61,849 nt of DNA from Octopus bimaculoides (GCF_001194135.2 NC_068991.1:78581945-78643793); one strand, 5' to 3'; counted from the first letter of the stretch, positions 37,793 through 51,027 are shown. The notes: a model not told the origin generated them from the sequence alone. A program made the numbers and translations.

Positions 37793-38440
37793 CCTTTCTA
37801 TTATAGGCACAAGGCCTGAAATTTGGGGGGAGGGAGCCAGTCGATTACATCGACCACAGTATTCAACTGGCACTTAATTTATCGACCTTGAAAGGTTAAA
37901 AAGCAAAGTTGACCCCGGGGAAATTTGAACTCAGAACGTAGCGACGGGCGAGATAGCGCTAAGCATTTTGCCCAGCGTGCTAACGATTCTGCCAGTTCGT
38001 CACTTTAATGATAATTGCAGTAATAATAATGATGATAATGATGATGATGATAATGATGATGATGATGATGATGATAATGATGATAATTGTTTCAAATTTA
38101 GTTATAAGGCTGGCAATTTCAGAGAAGGGAGTTAGTCCAATGCATGAACCCTGGTATTTAACTGGTACTTTATTTTATTGACTCCGAAAAGAGGCGAGGC
38201 AATTTCAGTGGTATTTGAACTCTGAGCGTAAAGTACTATAATTAAATATGACAAAGCAATTATCCTGATGCTGTAACGATTCAAGCAATCTTGTTTGATC
38301 TGTTTAGATTTGGTGCAACGTCAGAAATTTTGATTTTATCGAACCTAGGAGGGCGTGACTGGTACTTCAGTGTATCGATCGCACAAGGATGAAAAGCTTA
38401 TTTGACGTCGGCGGGAATTGAACACCGAACGGAAGGGACT
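37460..38440 (-). mobile_element. Head-to-tail cluster of 4-5 type A SINE copies separated by (AAT)n/(GAT)n
   Basis: Repeated reverse-complement bodies at ~37548-37760, 37792-38006, 38087-38290, 38300-38440. Confidence 0.82.
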
Positions 38441-38939
38441 TCGCGTTTATTCAATCGCACCACTTATTTTGACACAAAAGAAGACAATATAAAAAAAATC
38501 CCGCAATAATTGGCAAAAAACAAAGCAAAACAAAAACAAAGCAACAAATCAACAAGGGAAAAGAACAAGGAGAATAATTAAGCAAGTTAGGTGGGAGGAG
38601 AGGAAGAGGAGCGGGAGGGAGAGTAAGAGGAATGCGAGAGAAGCAACAACAACAACAAGTATCACCATCAGAGAGAAAAGAAGAGGAAAGAGCAAAAGAA
38701 GAGAAAGAAAAGAGGATGACGATGACGACGACGATGAGGGTAATTGTGATGATGACGATGATGATTATGATGGTGAGGAGGATTCAGAAAACGAAATGTG
38801 TTTGTGTATATATAAATATGTATATCTATTACATATTCTGTATATGTATGTATATATAGCTTATATATATACATGAATATATCTATGATACATACATTAT
38901 ATATATATACACATATGTATGTGTGTCTGTATGTATACG

Positions 38940-39039
<100 letters not shown>

Positions 39040-39589
39040 CAAACACAAATATATGATATAATATGATATCTATATATGTGTGTGTGTGTATATGTATACA
39101 CAGATACATACATACATACATACATACATACATACATACATACATACATACATACAAATTTCACGAACGGTAACAAAATGAAATAAATAGACAAATGGAA
39201 AAATAAAGACGTTTCGCTTGACGTCTTATGTTTTTATGTTCTTTAACTTTGTGTTGGATATTTTATGCTTTATGCTTATCACGGTGCCAAACTTGCCAAA
39301 CTTCCGCTGTTTTACAATCTGCCGTTTTTCTTAGACCACGAAAGATCAGGAATTCAAATAGATGTTAAACGCGATGCGAAGATTTTACAGATTAGACTAT
39401 GTACGTATGTATGTATGTATGTATGTATGTATGTATGTATGTGTGAATCAGTGTATATATACACGTATACATATATATATATGTATATGCATATATATAT
39501 ATATATATATGCATATATATATGCATGTGTATATATATATATACATATATATACATATGTATATGTATATGTATATATAAAAGTATATG

Positions 39590-39646
<57 letters not shown>

Positions 39647-39915
39647 NNNNNNNNNNNNNNNNNNNNNNNNNNNNNNNNNNNNNNNNNNNNNNNNNNNNNN
39701 NNNNNNNNNNNNNNNNNNNNNNNNNNNNNNNNNNNNNNNNNNNNNNNNNNNNNNNNNNNNNNNNNNNNNNNNNNNNNNNNNNNNNNNNNNNNNNNNNNNN
39801 NNNNNNNNNNNNNNNNNNNNNNNNNNNNNNNNNNNNNNNNNNNNNNNNNNNNNNNNNNNNNNNNNNNNNNNNNNNNNNNNNNNNNNNNNNNNNNNNNNNN
39901 NNNNNNNNNNNNNNN

Positions 39916-39956
<41 letters not shown>

Positions 39957-40199
39957 CACGTCCGTGCGCATACGTGCATGTAAGCATATAATATATGTTA
40001 TTTAAAATATCTGCCACAGAAATACAACATATTCCCGACTGTTTGTTGTTGAAGATAACATTTTCCAGAAGAATAATCAATAAATCTACGAATCTAAAAG
40101 CATTTATATTAACAACATAAGTATTCTTACAAAACACCCAAAAGGATTAAAGATATGCGGAGGCTATGCAGCAGGAATGAATGAAGAAACCATCCAATT

Positions 40200-40620
40200 C
40201 TCTAATCTATATGATATTGTAAGCCTGTCCATTTTCTTCATGGTATGTCAGTTTTGGAGAATACTTGTTTCTTACGATTATCTTCCCCTCTGATGTGGAA
40301 CTTGTCTTAATTGCAATTTGTTAATTATGGATGAATTCTCTAGAGGCAAACAGAATTTTAATAAACTAAAAATTTATGTTGCATGGTGTTCGACATACCT
40401 TTCTTTGCCTATGTTCAAATATTTGCCACTCTCTTTTACGAGATATTTCCCTCAACTCATTTTTATTTGAATTATGCAAATTACGTAGGTCATAAGTGTC
40501 TTCACCTTTCCCTTTTATATGTCTAAATTCCTCTGCTACTGGACATAAGATCGGACAAATGTACTGATCACAGCTATCGAGTCAAAAGCACGTGTCCATT
40601 CCTGTTCTCTAATCTCCAGC
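40200..40620 (-). mobile_element. Possible very decayed non-LTR RT fragment
   Basis: WTRAFDSI (KAFDSI-like) at 40575-40598; little other support. Confidence 0.28.
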
Positions 40621-40915
40621 CAATAAACTTGGTCGCCTATTTACTGCAGGCTTTTTGGAAAATTGACCGCAGGAATAGCCAAAATATTACGCTGTAAACC
40701 ATTGGCATCGTGTATAACAAGAAGTGATCATTGAAAGAATCGGTCAGGTGCAACGAGAGTCCTGATGAGTAGAGTAAATAAAAATCTGAAGGCTGGACAC
40801 TCCAGAGACTGCTCAAATGTGTTATAAAGGAGTATAACCGTGAGACAAATTACAGGAAAACAGCATAATACTAAGATAGATGTATGTACACACACAGGTA
40901 TATACTTACGAAGAC

Positions 40916-40985
<70 letters not shown>

Positions 40986-41383
40986 TGAGTGTGTATTTAC
41001 ATGTATATGTGTGTACATACTAGCTACATAAATGTCAGTACAGTTGAGGGCAGAGGAGCCGTTACTATTAATCTCAGTCAGGTCACGGAAAGAAAAAGTC
41101 AGCGATTGTTGGATCGCGTGCCTCACCTTTTGGTCGCTCTCAACACAACTATTAAGGATATACCAACACAAGACCAGTCCCAGAGGTGACTGAATGGTGC
41201 CGCTGCGCTGTGAAGCCGTCGAAAGGAATGAGGGTCCTGATGACCCCTCAGGTCTATTGGTCTCCGGTATGCGGAGGTTTCAACTGACAGCGCTTGCATG
41301 AACATGCTGTTTCCAAACCTCTACATCTATGTCAATATAGGTTATACAATATGATGCATACACGCGCGCGCGCACACACACAT

Positions 41384-41426
<43 letters not shown>

Positions 41427-42123
41427 ACAGGCACATATATACACACATACACAGACAGACACATACACACATTCATCCACAAGCATTTTCTTATTTGTGT
41501 ATGTTTGTGTATATTTATATATATGTTTATATATTGACATGTGTGTGTTCAAGCGTATGTGTGAGTGTATTTGTGCGTTGGTGCATGTGTGTGTGCGTTT
41601 GTGTATGTGTGTGTGCGTTTGTGTATGTGTGTGTGTGTGTTTCCTTTCTGTATGCGCGTGCATACGCATATGGGAGCCATCTTTCATTGGAGTCTTGTGT
41701 CGCTAATGAAGATGTTGATGGTTATTATAGTTAACATGAACGACACGGTGTCGGATCAAATGATGATGCTGACGACATTAATGCTAGGGTGGTGGTGGTC
41801 ATGGTGGAACAAGGATTATGATAAGATAGGTTTGGCGAAAAAGAAAGCGAACAAAAGAATGTGGAGCAATCTGTGCCGAAATGAGAAAGATACGAAATTT
41901 TGGTTTTTCTAAAAATTAGAGAAACAACAAATTTTGGCGTAATTGGATATTTGTTGGGATAATAATTATACCAAAACATGTGCGCGCACTTGCAGGCACA
42001 GGAACGCATACATTCATGCAAATTTATGTGTTTCTGTATGCATGATGCGTGTATATAAATATATATATATATATATAAGAAGAGAATTCACAAAAAAACA
42101 AAACAAAAGACGAAGACAGGTGG

Positions 42124-42225
42124 TGTAGGAAACAAACAAATGTATTAGTATAACACTCGGGAAGTGAAAAAAATCTTTAACGTTTCTAGCCTACGCACTT
42201 CCACAGAAAGGAACACAGAAAGAAA
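42124..42225 (-). mobile_element. Penelope-like pseudo-LTR fragment with decayed hammerhead motif (CTGTGGA core)
   Basis: Minus strand CTTT-CTGTGGA-A-GTGC-GTAG-GCTA-GAAA-CGT-T-AAAG. Confidence 0.6.
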
Positions 42226-42235
42226 CATATAAATA

Positions 42236-42820
42236 TATATATTTGGATTATATGAAGGTGAATTTAAAAATCGTTATGCTAATCACATACCATCTTTCCG
42301 ACATAAGGACAAAAGTAAAGCTACTAAGTTTGCTGACTACGTATGGACTTTGAAAGATAATGAAACAACGCATGTGATTAAATGGAAAGTACTTGATAAA
42401 TCCATATTTTATGTGAATGGATTGAATAAATGTAAACTGTGTTTGGCTGAAAGAGTGCAGATACTGTTCAGATCCCTAACTCTCTTTTGAACTCCAGGTC
42501 AGAAATTTTCAGTGGTTGCATATATATGTACAAATGTATTTTGATGAATTGGAAAATTCCGTCTATTCCTGACTGGCTTGATATATTTCAAGCCTTATCA
42601 TTTAAGGTCTAGGGGAATAACTCTTTTACCGTTTTACTTTTAATTTTATGCATTCTGTTTTTCGTTTTCCGTTGTTTAATGTCTACGCTTTCTATATGCT
42701 GCCTTGTCAATATTCACGCGTTTCTTCTCTTATTCAGTTTCTTTAGTTCGTTATGATATGTGATTTGCGCCTGAAGAATATGTTTGAGCTTTCTCAACAT
42801 ATGAAACTATTAGTAGCACT
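42236..42820 (+). mobile_element. Penelope-like element 3' end: GIY-YIG endonuclease C-terminal remnant plus 3' region
   Basis: YIFGLYEGEFKNRYANHIPSFRH..KSKATKFADYVWTLKDN...IKWKVLDK...NKCKLCLAE (frameshift) PNSLLNSRSEIFSGC, typical PLE endonuclease C-terminus. Confidence 0.85.
42767..42819 (+). ncRNA. Minimal type I hammerhead ribozyme (candidate)
   Basis: CTGAAGA 42771-77; stem II ATATGTT(T)GAG-CTTT-CTC-AACATAT; GAAA 42803-06; near-palindromic stem III ACTA-T-TAGT; GUA site; stem I GCGC/GCAC. Confidence 0.8.
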
Positions 42821-43075
42821 TTAATACATGTACTATGACCTTTGAATAAATAATATTTATTTCTCACCAGATGGAGCAGTGCTTTTCTGTTGAATTTTTT
42901 ATCACGGATCAGTACATTATTTATACATGTAATTTTCTGCACATATATATAAAATAGATAATTAATGTCATACGTTGAATTATATGTATATTTATATATA
43001 TAAACTACATATACATATACGTAACATACACATACACATGTATATTTCGTGAAGAAGAAGAGTTAGATAGGGGAC

Positions 43076-43177
<102 letters not shown>

Positions 43178-43324
43178 ATACTGTAATCTATATAACCGTT
43201 CTATTAAATATTGTACCATGTATCCTTCACATAAAACCATATCTGAGTTGGTTCCAAATATAACCGATCAATGCTACATATGATTCTTGCCATGAACTCC
43301 ATCGTATTTGATGACGATTATCTG

Positions 43325-43325
<1 letters not shown>

Positions 43326-43418
<93 letters not shown>
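43326..43418. repeat. (ATT)n microsatellite
   Basis: Direct. Confidence 0.97.
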
Positions 43419-43419
<1 letters not shown>

Positions 43420-43744
43420 CTGTGAGTTTTTATTATTAGTTACACTAATAAGACACATACATCAAGATATATCATCAATGAAGTGAGTTTAAGAGGAAGC
43501 TGAAAATTATGATTATCTGTTAGGCATCGTAGAAGCTATTACTGCGATGGTATGTCTGAAGAATGATGTTGTCTCCTTTCTACCTTCTCTCCCCCCCCCA
43601 CACACACACATATATATATATACATATTGCTGTGTTGAAGTATACACATAAAGAATGAGACCTCAATATATCAAATATAGAGGACAGTTTAATTAATTAT
43701 TACAATATTAGGATGTACGACAGATCGTTTCCACACAGTTTCAG

Positions 43745-43884
43745 TTTACTAATTTCACTCACAAGGTATTGGTGAGCTTGGATTTATACTTGAAGATACT
43801 TGCTGAAGGTGCCACTCAGTGGGACTGTATACAAATCCACGTGGTTGCAAAGCAAACTTTTTAACCACGTAGCTTTACTTGCGC

Positions 43885-43890
<6 letters not shown>
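43745..43890 (-). mobile_element. Type B SINE head/core, degenerate
   Basis: AAGGTGCCACTCAGTGGGACTG...GTGGTTGCAAAGCAAAC aligns with 27100-27136 and 46874-46933. Confidence 0.7.
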
Positions 43891-43932
<42 letters not shown>

Positions 43933-44143
43933 ATATATATATATATATATACATACATGTATACATACATAGATACATACACGCGCACACACAGACACAG
44001 ACACACACGCACATGCACACACACACGTACACACACACACACACAGACATTTGCATAAGTATTTAAATGCGTATGTATCTATACGCATACATCTGCATAT
44101 TTATATAATACATGAATATAGTTCTATCTATCTATCTATTTCT

Positions 44144-44202
<59 letters not shown>

Positions 44203-44454
44203 ATTATGCGTGTGGAGTAGCTTAATGTTTGCTTGTGTGTGTGTGAGTGTGTGTGTGTGTGTGTCCGTAATGAAAGCGCAACGAATGTATTAGAAATAAA
44301 TGGAAATAGAAGCCATAAATTATGAAGGAACGCCAAGTATTGTTCAGTTCTCAGAACCGTTGAATGCTAATTGCTTCTTTGAAGGTGGAACGTTGAAGTG
44401 TCTTGCAAGAATGCAGCCCCCTCGTCACGTTTATCCCCATCGCCGCCCCCTTCA

Positions 44455-44590
44455 CTTTCACTCACCTTCACCGTCACCATCAGCTTCATCATCGACATCA
44501 TCATCATCAACGTCGTCGTCGTTGTCGCCGTCATCATCATCACCATCATCATCATCATCGTCGTCGTCGTCGTCGTCATCAGCGGCAATA
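44455..44590. repeat. Compound (CAT)/(CGT) trinucleotide repeat
   Basis: Direct; source of the poly-Ser, poly-His and poly-Asp ORFs. Confidence 0.92.
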
Positions 44591-44691
44591 TCAACATCAG
44601 TAGCACTTTCCACCTTCTTCTTCACATCATCCTCCCACACGTCTTCTGTTATCGTAGCATCGAAATACATCTATTTACATAAATATGTATT

Positions 44692-44754
<63 letters not shown>

Positions 44755-44809
44755 CTGTTACTCCTGTGCATGTTAGAAACATATATATATAGCCGTAACT
44801 AATCTGCAC

Positions 44810-45211
44810 ATCCTCTGACAACTCAGGGATGGTGATTCGACGAGTTTACTTCGCAGCTGCACATCTGCGACGTTTTTCTCAGTCTCGCAGAACGATCGTC
44901 AATATCGACATTTTTTCGGCCATCTTGGAAACGCCTGAACCACTCGTACACGGCCCATACACTTTTTGTTACTTTACGCAGAGCTCTGTGCAGGCATCGC
45001 CATGACCACTTTCTCTGTCATAGTCAACGCGATGACCACACGCTACATACCTTGCTTCCAAGCAATGCTAAAAACAGCGGAAGTAAGCTAAAACGTTAGA
45101 ACTTAGTGCGCATGCACAGAGTTCAAGTTCAGTTTCAGCCAAGCAGCTTTATCTGCATACTTTAGCTTCGTTATTATGGCAACAGTCCGGATACTTATTG
45201 ATCAGAGCTCG
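44810..45211 (-). mobile_element. Mariner derivative: 5' TIR plus decayed transposase HTH region
   Basis: TIR ending at 45211 with TA at 45212-13; minus-strand VYEWFRRFQDGRKNVDIDDRS. Confidence 0.75.
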
Positions 45212-45576
45212 TATGTACGTGTGTGTGCGTGTGTGTGTGTGTGTATGTATGTGTAGATTGATAGATAGACAGATACATTATCTTTTACTCAGACCATGCT
45301 GGAGCACAACCTTGAATTGTTTAGTCGAACAAATCGACTTCAGTACACATCTGGCATTTTAATAGATCGCATTCTTTTGCGGAGCCGCTAAGTTACGTTT
45401 AAGTAAACAAATCAACACCAGACACGAAATGATGCACACACACACACACACACACACACAATCCCATTACAGTTCCTTGCGCCAACCATCGCCACCCTCA
45501 TAAGTATCAGGGTCTAATAACACCCCTGCGCTTCTGAACACCTACAACTTTGTCATTGTTTTTACAGCTAAAATCA

Positions 45577-45800
45577 AAGGCGGCGAGTCGGCAGAATAGT
45601 TACCGCGCCGGGAAAAAATACCTGGCGGCATTCCACCTGTCTTTACGTTCTGAGTTTAAATACTGCCGAGGTCGACTTTGTCATTCATCCTTTCGAGGAA
45701 TATAAAATATGTACCAGGTGAACAGTGGGGTCGATGTAATCGATTGAAACCCCTCCCCCGCCCTCGAAATTACTGGCCTTGTGCCAAAATTCGAAATCGA
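45577..45800 (+). mobile_element. Type A SINE
   Basis: Head, GAGTTTAAATAC B box, body. Confidence 0.85.
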
Positions 45801-46450
45801 TATTAGAACTAAAACCTTTATTCAATATGAAACACATAAAAATTGTCACAGCACGCACAAACAGAAAACAGCACACACTGTGTGAGGCACGCACACACAC
45901 ATATACACAGGCAGAGACGCACACACACCATACACACAGGCAGAGACGCACACACACCATACACATGCACACTATAGCTTCATACACGCACACAACGCTC
46001 TAGTATACACACATGTCGGACAGCCACACGCACAAACATAAAGTGAAAACAAGGACACAGACGCACGTATACACACATACACAGACTCACAGATACACAC
46101 AGTATATGCATACGCAACAAATTCACGCATACACCTGCGCTTGTACACATACACAAACCTACGTGAGATAGCCTCATAAAGGAAAAACGAACACACACAT
46201 TTATACACACGCACAGACACACAGAATATACACGCACACATTAATTTCACAAGCGTGCTCTCACGCATATATGTTAGGTTCACATTTGTCTTCCTTGCCA
46301 TCCTCATCTAAAGTCACACCTCACAGCTTCCCCTTTCACTCACGACTCTAGTCACCTCTTCTTATCTCCGTTCCTTTCAGCATGCGGTGACTGTCAAATA
46401 CAGACACGGTTGTTTTTTCCTCTCTCCACTTTTATCTCTCCTCACCTGTT

Positions 46451-46486
46451 CTTTCTGTTGAAGAGTGTGTGCACGCAATGTAAAAG
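46451..46486 (+). ncRNA. Decayed hammerhead motif (CTGTTGA core) in a PLE pseudo-LTR remnant
   Basis: CTTT-CTGTTGA-A-GAGT-GTGT-GCAC-GCAA-TGT-A-AAAG. Confidence 0.5.
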
Positions 46487-46585
46487 AGTTTTTCTTCTAC
46501 TTTTCCTGATCGTAAACCCAGGACATTTTTTTTTACCTCGTCTTTTTGTTATAAAATTTGCTCTTATATATTATTCTTTAACAAA

Positions 46586-46690
46586 AATAGTATTGACAGT
46601 GACTTCGATGTTTTGGCCAGCTAAGCCATCATCAAACAGTTCGATGTTGACTTCGCTGGCCCAAACTTCGAAGTCACTGACAATACTATT
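46586..46690. repeat. 105 nt foldback element with a decayed hammerhead-like motif on the minus strand
   Basis: Outer arms 46586-46621 / 46655-46690 (36 bp, 3 mismatches) plus an 11 bp inner stem (2 mismatches). Confidence 0.88.
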
Positions 46691-46944
46691 CTTGTTAAAG
46701 AATGATAAATTTGTACTTTATGAGGAAGTAAAGAAAACTTTTGATCAGAAGTACAAGAAAATACAGGAGGATCAGTTAATTATGATTTCATTCAACGTAT
46801 TCCCTTTCTCAGATTCACACTCTTATTGCAGTAGTCCTTCAGCTTTTCTAAGCCTTGTAAAAATATTTTGGAGAGTGGGACTGAGCCTGGAACCATGTAG
46901 TTGGGAAGTAAACTTCTTACCACACAGCCACGCTTGTAAATATA

Positions 46945-46979
<35 letters not shown>

Positions 46980-47770
46980 AGGAATTACGACGCAAAAACG
47001 TATAAATTCAAAAGAACATATTTATCTTCTTCAATATATATTTCAGTATAAAGAATTCATTAAGATGCTTAAATCAAAATTTCTTTACACACCATTCAGG
47101 AATAAGTATAACATCAGAAAAAATACACTCCGTTTAAAAACACAAACCGTTCATGGCGAAAAATTTCACAATTATATATATATAAATGAAAACGCAAAAA
47201 TCCTACAAAACGTTCCCGTTGGACAGACACTAACTAGAACCGTAATACTTCATCAGTTATCGACCGAAAAATACTAATACTTAGTTTCATGCCTTTAACA
47301 ATAAAACTAGGAACTTCATATATCGGCGGCACCCGCAAGAATTGCGGAGTATTAGGGCTTGAGGAAACAAAATAATACAGAGTGGACATACGGAAGTAAA
47401 TGACAGTAATTTGAAACGATACACGAAAGAAATAATAAATAAATAAATGAATAAATAAATAAATAAATATAGCCTTGTAGCAAAACACGAGAATGATGGA
47501 TTAACGCCTGAGAGAAATCCTCAAATGGATATAAAGAACAGAATTGAGAAGAGAAAAATAGAAAAGAAAAACGTATTAAATATATTAGTTTGGGTATGAC
47601 ATACGAAATATGTGTATATGTATACGTGCAAAACGAGAGAAAGCAAAAGACGGTGACTTTCAGACGATGAATATTTAAGTATAAATATGAAGATATTTAT
47701 ATGAATAAATGCAACTTACACAGAGTACAAACAACAGAGAAAATTAAAGGAGAGGAAGAAAGGTGTTATA

Positions 47771-47900
47771 AATCCAACAGCTGTTTCTGGGAACATTTTC
47801 AGTTGCATGATAATGTTGATAGATGTAATTCATCATAATATGCGGCCGTAATGAATCCAGCCAACATTATATGAAAAGATGAGCCTTCATCATCAGGAAG
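47771..47900 (-). ncRNA. Hammerhead-like motif with long stem II insert
   Basis: Minus strand CTGATGA(TGA)AGG...~95 nt...CCA-GAAA-CAGCTGT-T-GGA; palindromic stem III ACAGCTGT. Confidence 0.5.
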
Positions 47901-49416
47901 ATCTTCTCCACCCTGTATACATACATACATACATACATACATACAGATATATATACATACATACATAAATATATATATATATNNNNNNNNNNNNNNNNNN
48001 NNNNNNNNNNNNNNNNNNNNNNNNNNNNNNNNNNNNNNNNNNNNNNNNNNNNNNNNNNNNNNNNNNNNNNNNNNNNNNNNNNNNNNNNNNNNNNNNNNNN
48101 NNNNNNNNNNNNNNNNNNNNNNNNNNNNNNNNNNNNNNNNNNNNNNNNNNNNNNNNNNNNNNNNNNNNNNNNNNNNNNNNNNNNNNNNNNNNNNNNNNNN
48201 NNNNNNNNNNNNNNNNNNNNNNNNNNNNNNNNNNNNNNNNNNNNNNNNNNNNNNNNNNNNNNNNNNNNNNNNNNNNNNNNNNNNNNNNNNNNNNNNNNNN
48301 NNNNNNNNNNNNNNNNNNNNNNNNNNNNNNNNNNNNNNNNNNNNNNNNNNNNNNNNNNNNNNNNNNNNNNNNNNNNNNNNNNNNNNNNNNNNNNNNNNNN
48401 NNNNNNNNNNNNNNNNNNNNNNNNNNNNNNNNNNNNNNNNNNNNNNNNNNNNNNNNNNNNNNNNNNNNNNNNNNNNNNNNNNNNNNNNNNNNNNNNNNNN
48501 NNTATACAGACAATCTTTTACAGTACAGAATTCACAAGAATTTTAATTAATTGTCGGTAATTGTAAATTGTAAATGTATTTACATGTTGAAAATTTTATT
48601 CTGAACATCTAAAACACAATCATGGAATGTCTCATGGAAATACAAGTCAGAAAACGGAATTTATTCCAAAAATAGAAATTTCATCGGATGTAATGCAAAA
48701 AGAAACATTTTTGCCTTTCTTTTAAAGTTGCGTGTTTTATAATTTCCTGTCAATAAATCCGATGAAAACGCATCATATTTGTTTTTCGCCATGAAAGACA
48801 GATCACAGAACTGTCAACTCTAATTAAATGTTGTACATTTAAAGGTTACAGGCTGCGAAGATTAATGGGTGGATAGCACCGTGATAGAGTCTCAGGTAGA
48901 AGACATGTCAAAACACGTGTCTGTTACTTAAACACCACTAGTATCGTTATGGAATTATATGCAAAAGTATGTAGTCCTGCTGTAGAATTAAGCTTGCTTC
49001 TGAGAACACATGGATGTGCCTTTGAAAGGGTACATCCACGAGGGATAAAAAAAACGAAGCAAAAGCAATGAACATGCGTAGAAAAATCAATGTAATTGTG
49101 TTTGGAAGAGAAATAATAGAAATAGACGTTTTGGACCAGTGTCCTTCATCAAGACATAAAGATAAGAAACAAAAGGAAAAAAGCAAGTTAAAAAATGTGA
49201 TGTTAGTTCAGTGATAAAGCTGGAATTGGGAAAAGTGGGTGAAATAAAGATGTTTTTCGGTATACAGGTGAAATAGAGCGGTAAGGAAAATAAATGTGAC
49301 AAACGTAGAAGATTGCAGAGGATTAAATTATCGATGAAATATATATATATGTATATATATATATAGAGAGAGAGTATTATATTATATATATATATAGTAT
49401 TTAATTTATTTTGTGT

Positions 49417-49478
49417 TCCTCGCTGATGAAGGAAAAGTCATTTTTGGTTTAATCCAGAAATCGGAACCGATTCGGGGA
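49417..49478 (+). ncRNA. Type I hammerhead ribozyme (candidate)
   Basis: Stem I TCCTCG/CGGGGA; CTGATGA 49423-29; A-GGA...TCC-A; GAAA 49457-60; stem III ATCGG-AA-CCGAT; AUU site. Confidence 0.72.
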
Positions 49479-49719
49479 TAACTATTGTTATGAATTTCTG
49501 TTAGCTTGCTTTCTTCGTTTAGATACGTGGTGTAATAATACAAGTGAAAATATCTTATGTGGTTAGACGATTTAGCTTCTACGTTTCAGCATATTGGCAA
49601 AGAAAGTTTTTTCTTTTCGCCCTTATTTATATTTGTATTTATAATTTTCACCTTAAGAGGTATTTTTCATATGCTGGCCACTGATAAAATTTTTAAATAA
49701 AACTTAATCCTCATTTTAA

Positions 49720-49808
<89 letters not shown>

Positions 49809-49861
49809 TATATATATATATGAATGTTCATTTATTATTACTATTATTATACTTATTATAT

Positions 49862-50078
49862 AAGGTGTCGAGCTGGCAGAATCATTAGCGCGCAGGGCAA
49901 AATAGTTTGCGTCATTTCGCCTGTCGCTACGTTCCGCGTTCAAATTCCGCTTAGGTCGAATTTACGTTTTACTCTTTCAGGAACGATAAATTAAGTACCA
50001 GTCAACTACTAGAGTCGATGTAATCGACTATCCCCCTCCCCTCATATTCCAGGCCGTTTGCTTATAGTAGAAAGGATT
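49862..50078 (+). mobile_element. Type A SINE with (ATT/ATC)n tail
   Basis: Head, GCGTTCAAATTCC, body, tail. Confidence 0.85.
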
Positions 50079-50106
50079 ATTAATGTTATTATTATCATCA
50101 TCATCA

Positions 50107-50138
<32 letters not shown>

Positions 50139-50180
50139 TACATTCATATTCATAATGTATTACCCATACTCTAATGAGAA

Positions 50181-50290
50181 GTGGAGATGCGTGGCTCAGT
50201 GGTTAAAGTGTTGCACTCATTGATGATCATAAGATTGGGTGAGGGTTCGATTCCTGACCGGCCTATGCGTTGTATTCTTGAGCAAAATAT
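50181..50290 (+). mobile_element. tRNA-like SINE head (degenerate)
   Basis: TGGCTCAGTGG A box and GGTTCGATTCC B box, no cloverleaf 3' end. Confidence 0.65.
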
Positions 50291-50648
50291 CAATAAAATT
50301 CTACGGAAATAGGTGTAGTAGATTTTAAACTCTGCTAACATCTTTTTATAAATACTCCATACCTATAATCAAGCCTGGGTCAGATCTACGGTTTATATCG
50401 GATTTGGTATTATATATATATATATATATATGCATATACGGCAACAAATGTCACCTAATGGTTGTTGTTTTATCTTATTGTGAATTCAATGTTATGGTGT
50501 CCAGCTAGTTCTGGCGTCCTGCATGTTGATGGGCTTAGGTTCTAATCAATATGTATGTATATATGTAGACATACACGTACTCAGACATACACATACACCT
50601 GCGCGCGCATATACATATGTATTATGCGCATGTATGTGTGAGTGTCTT

Positions 50649-51027
50649 GTGGCACTCCGTCAGTTACAACGACGAGGGTTCCAGTTGATCTGATCAACGG
50701 AACAGCCTGCTCGTGAAATTAACATGCAAGTGGCTGAGCGCTCCACAGACACATGTACCCTTATCGTAGTTCTCAGGGAGATTCAGCGTGACACAGAGAG
50801 TAACAAGGCTGGCCCCTTTGAAATACAGGTACAACAGAAACTGGAACAGTGAGAGAAAGTTGTGCTGAAAGAATACAGCAGGGTTCGGCACCACCCCCTG
50901 CCGGAGCCTCGTGGAGCTAGAGGTGTTTTCGTTCAATAAACGCTCACAACGCCCAGTCTGGGAATCGAAACTGTGATCCTACGACCGCGAGTCCTCTGCC
51001 CCAACCACTGGGCCATTTCGCCTCCAC
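50649..51027 (-). mobile_element. tRNA-derived SINE, type C, near full length
   Basis: Reverse complement of the 61574-61849 copy, extended to the 3' end. Confidence 0.9.

Noticed and set aside
44300-44776. Poly-Ser, poly-His and poly-Asp ORFs (similarly 30253-30718, 31820-32030, 38632-38859)
   Set aside because: Trinucleotide microsatellites are open in most frames.
46410-46955. 181 aa ORF
   Set aside because: Runs through a pseudo-LTR remnant, a palindrome and a SINE head; no protein-like signal.
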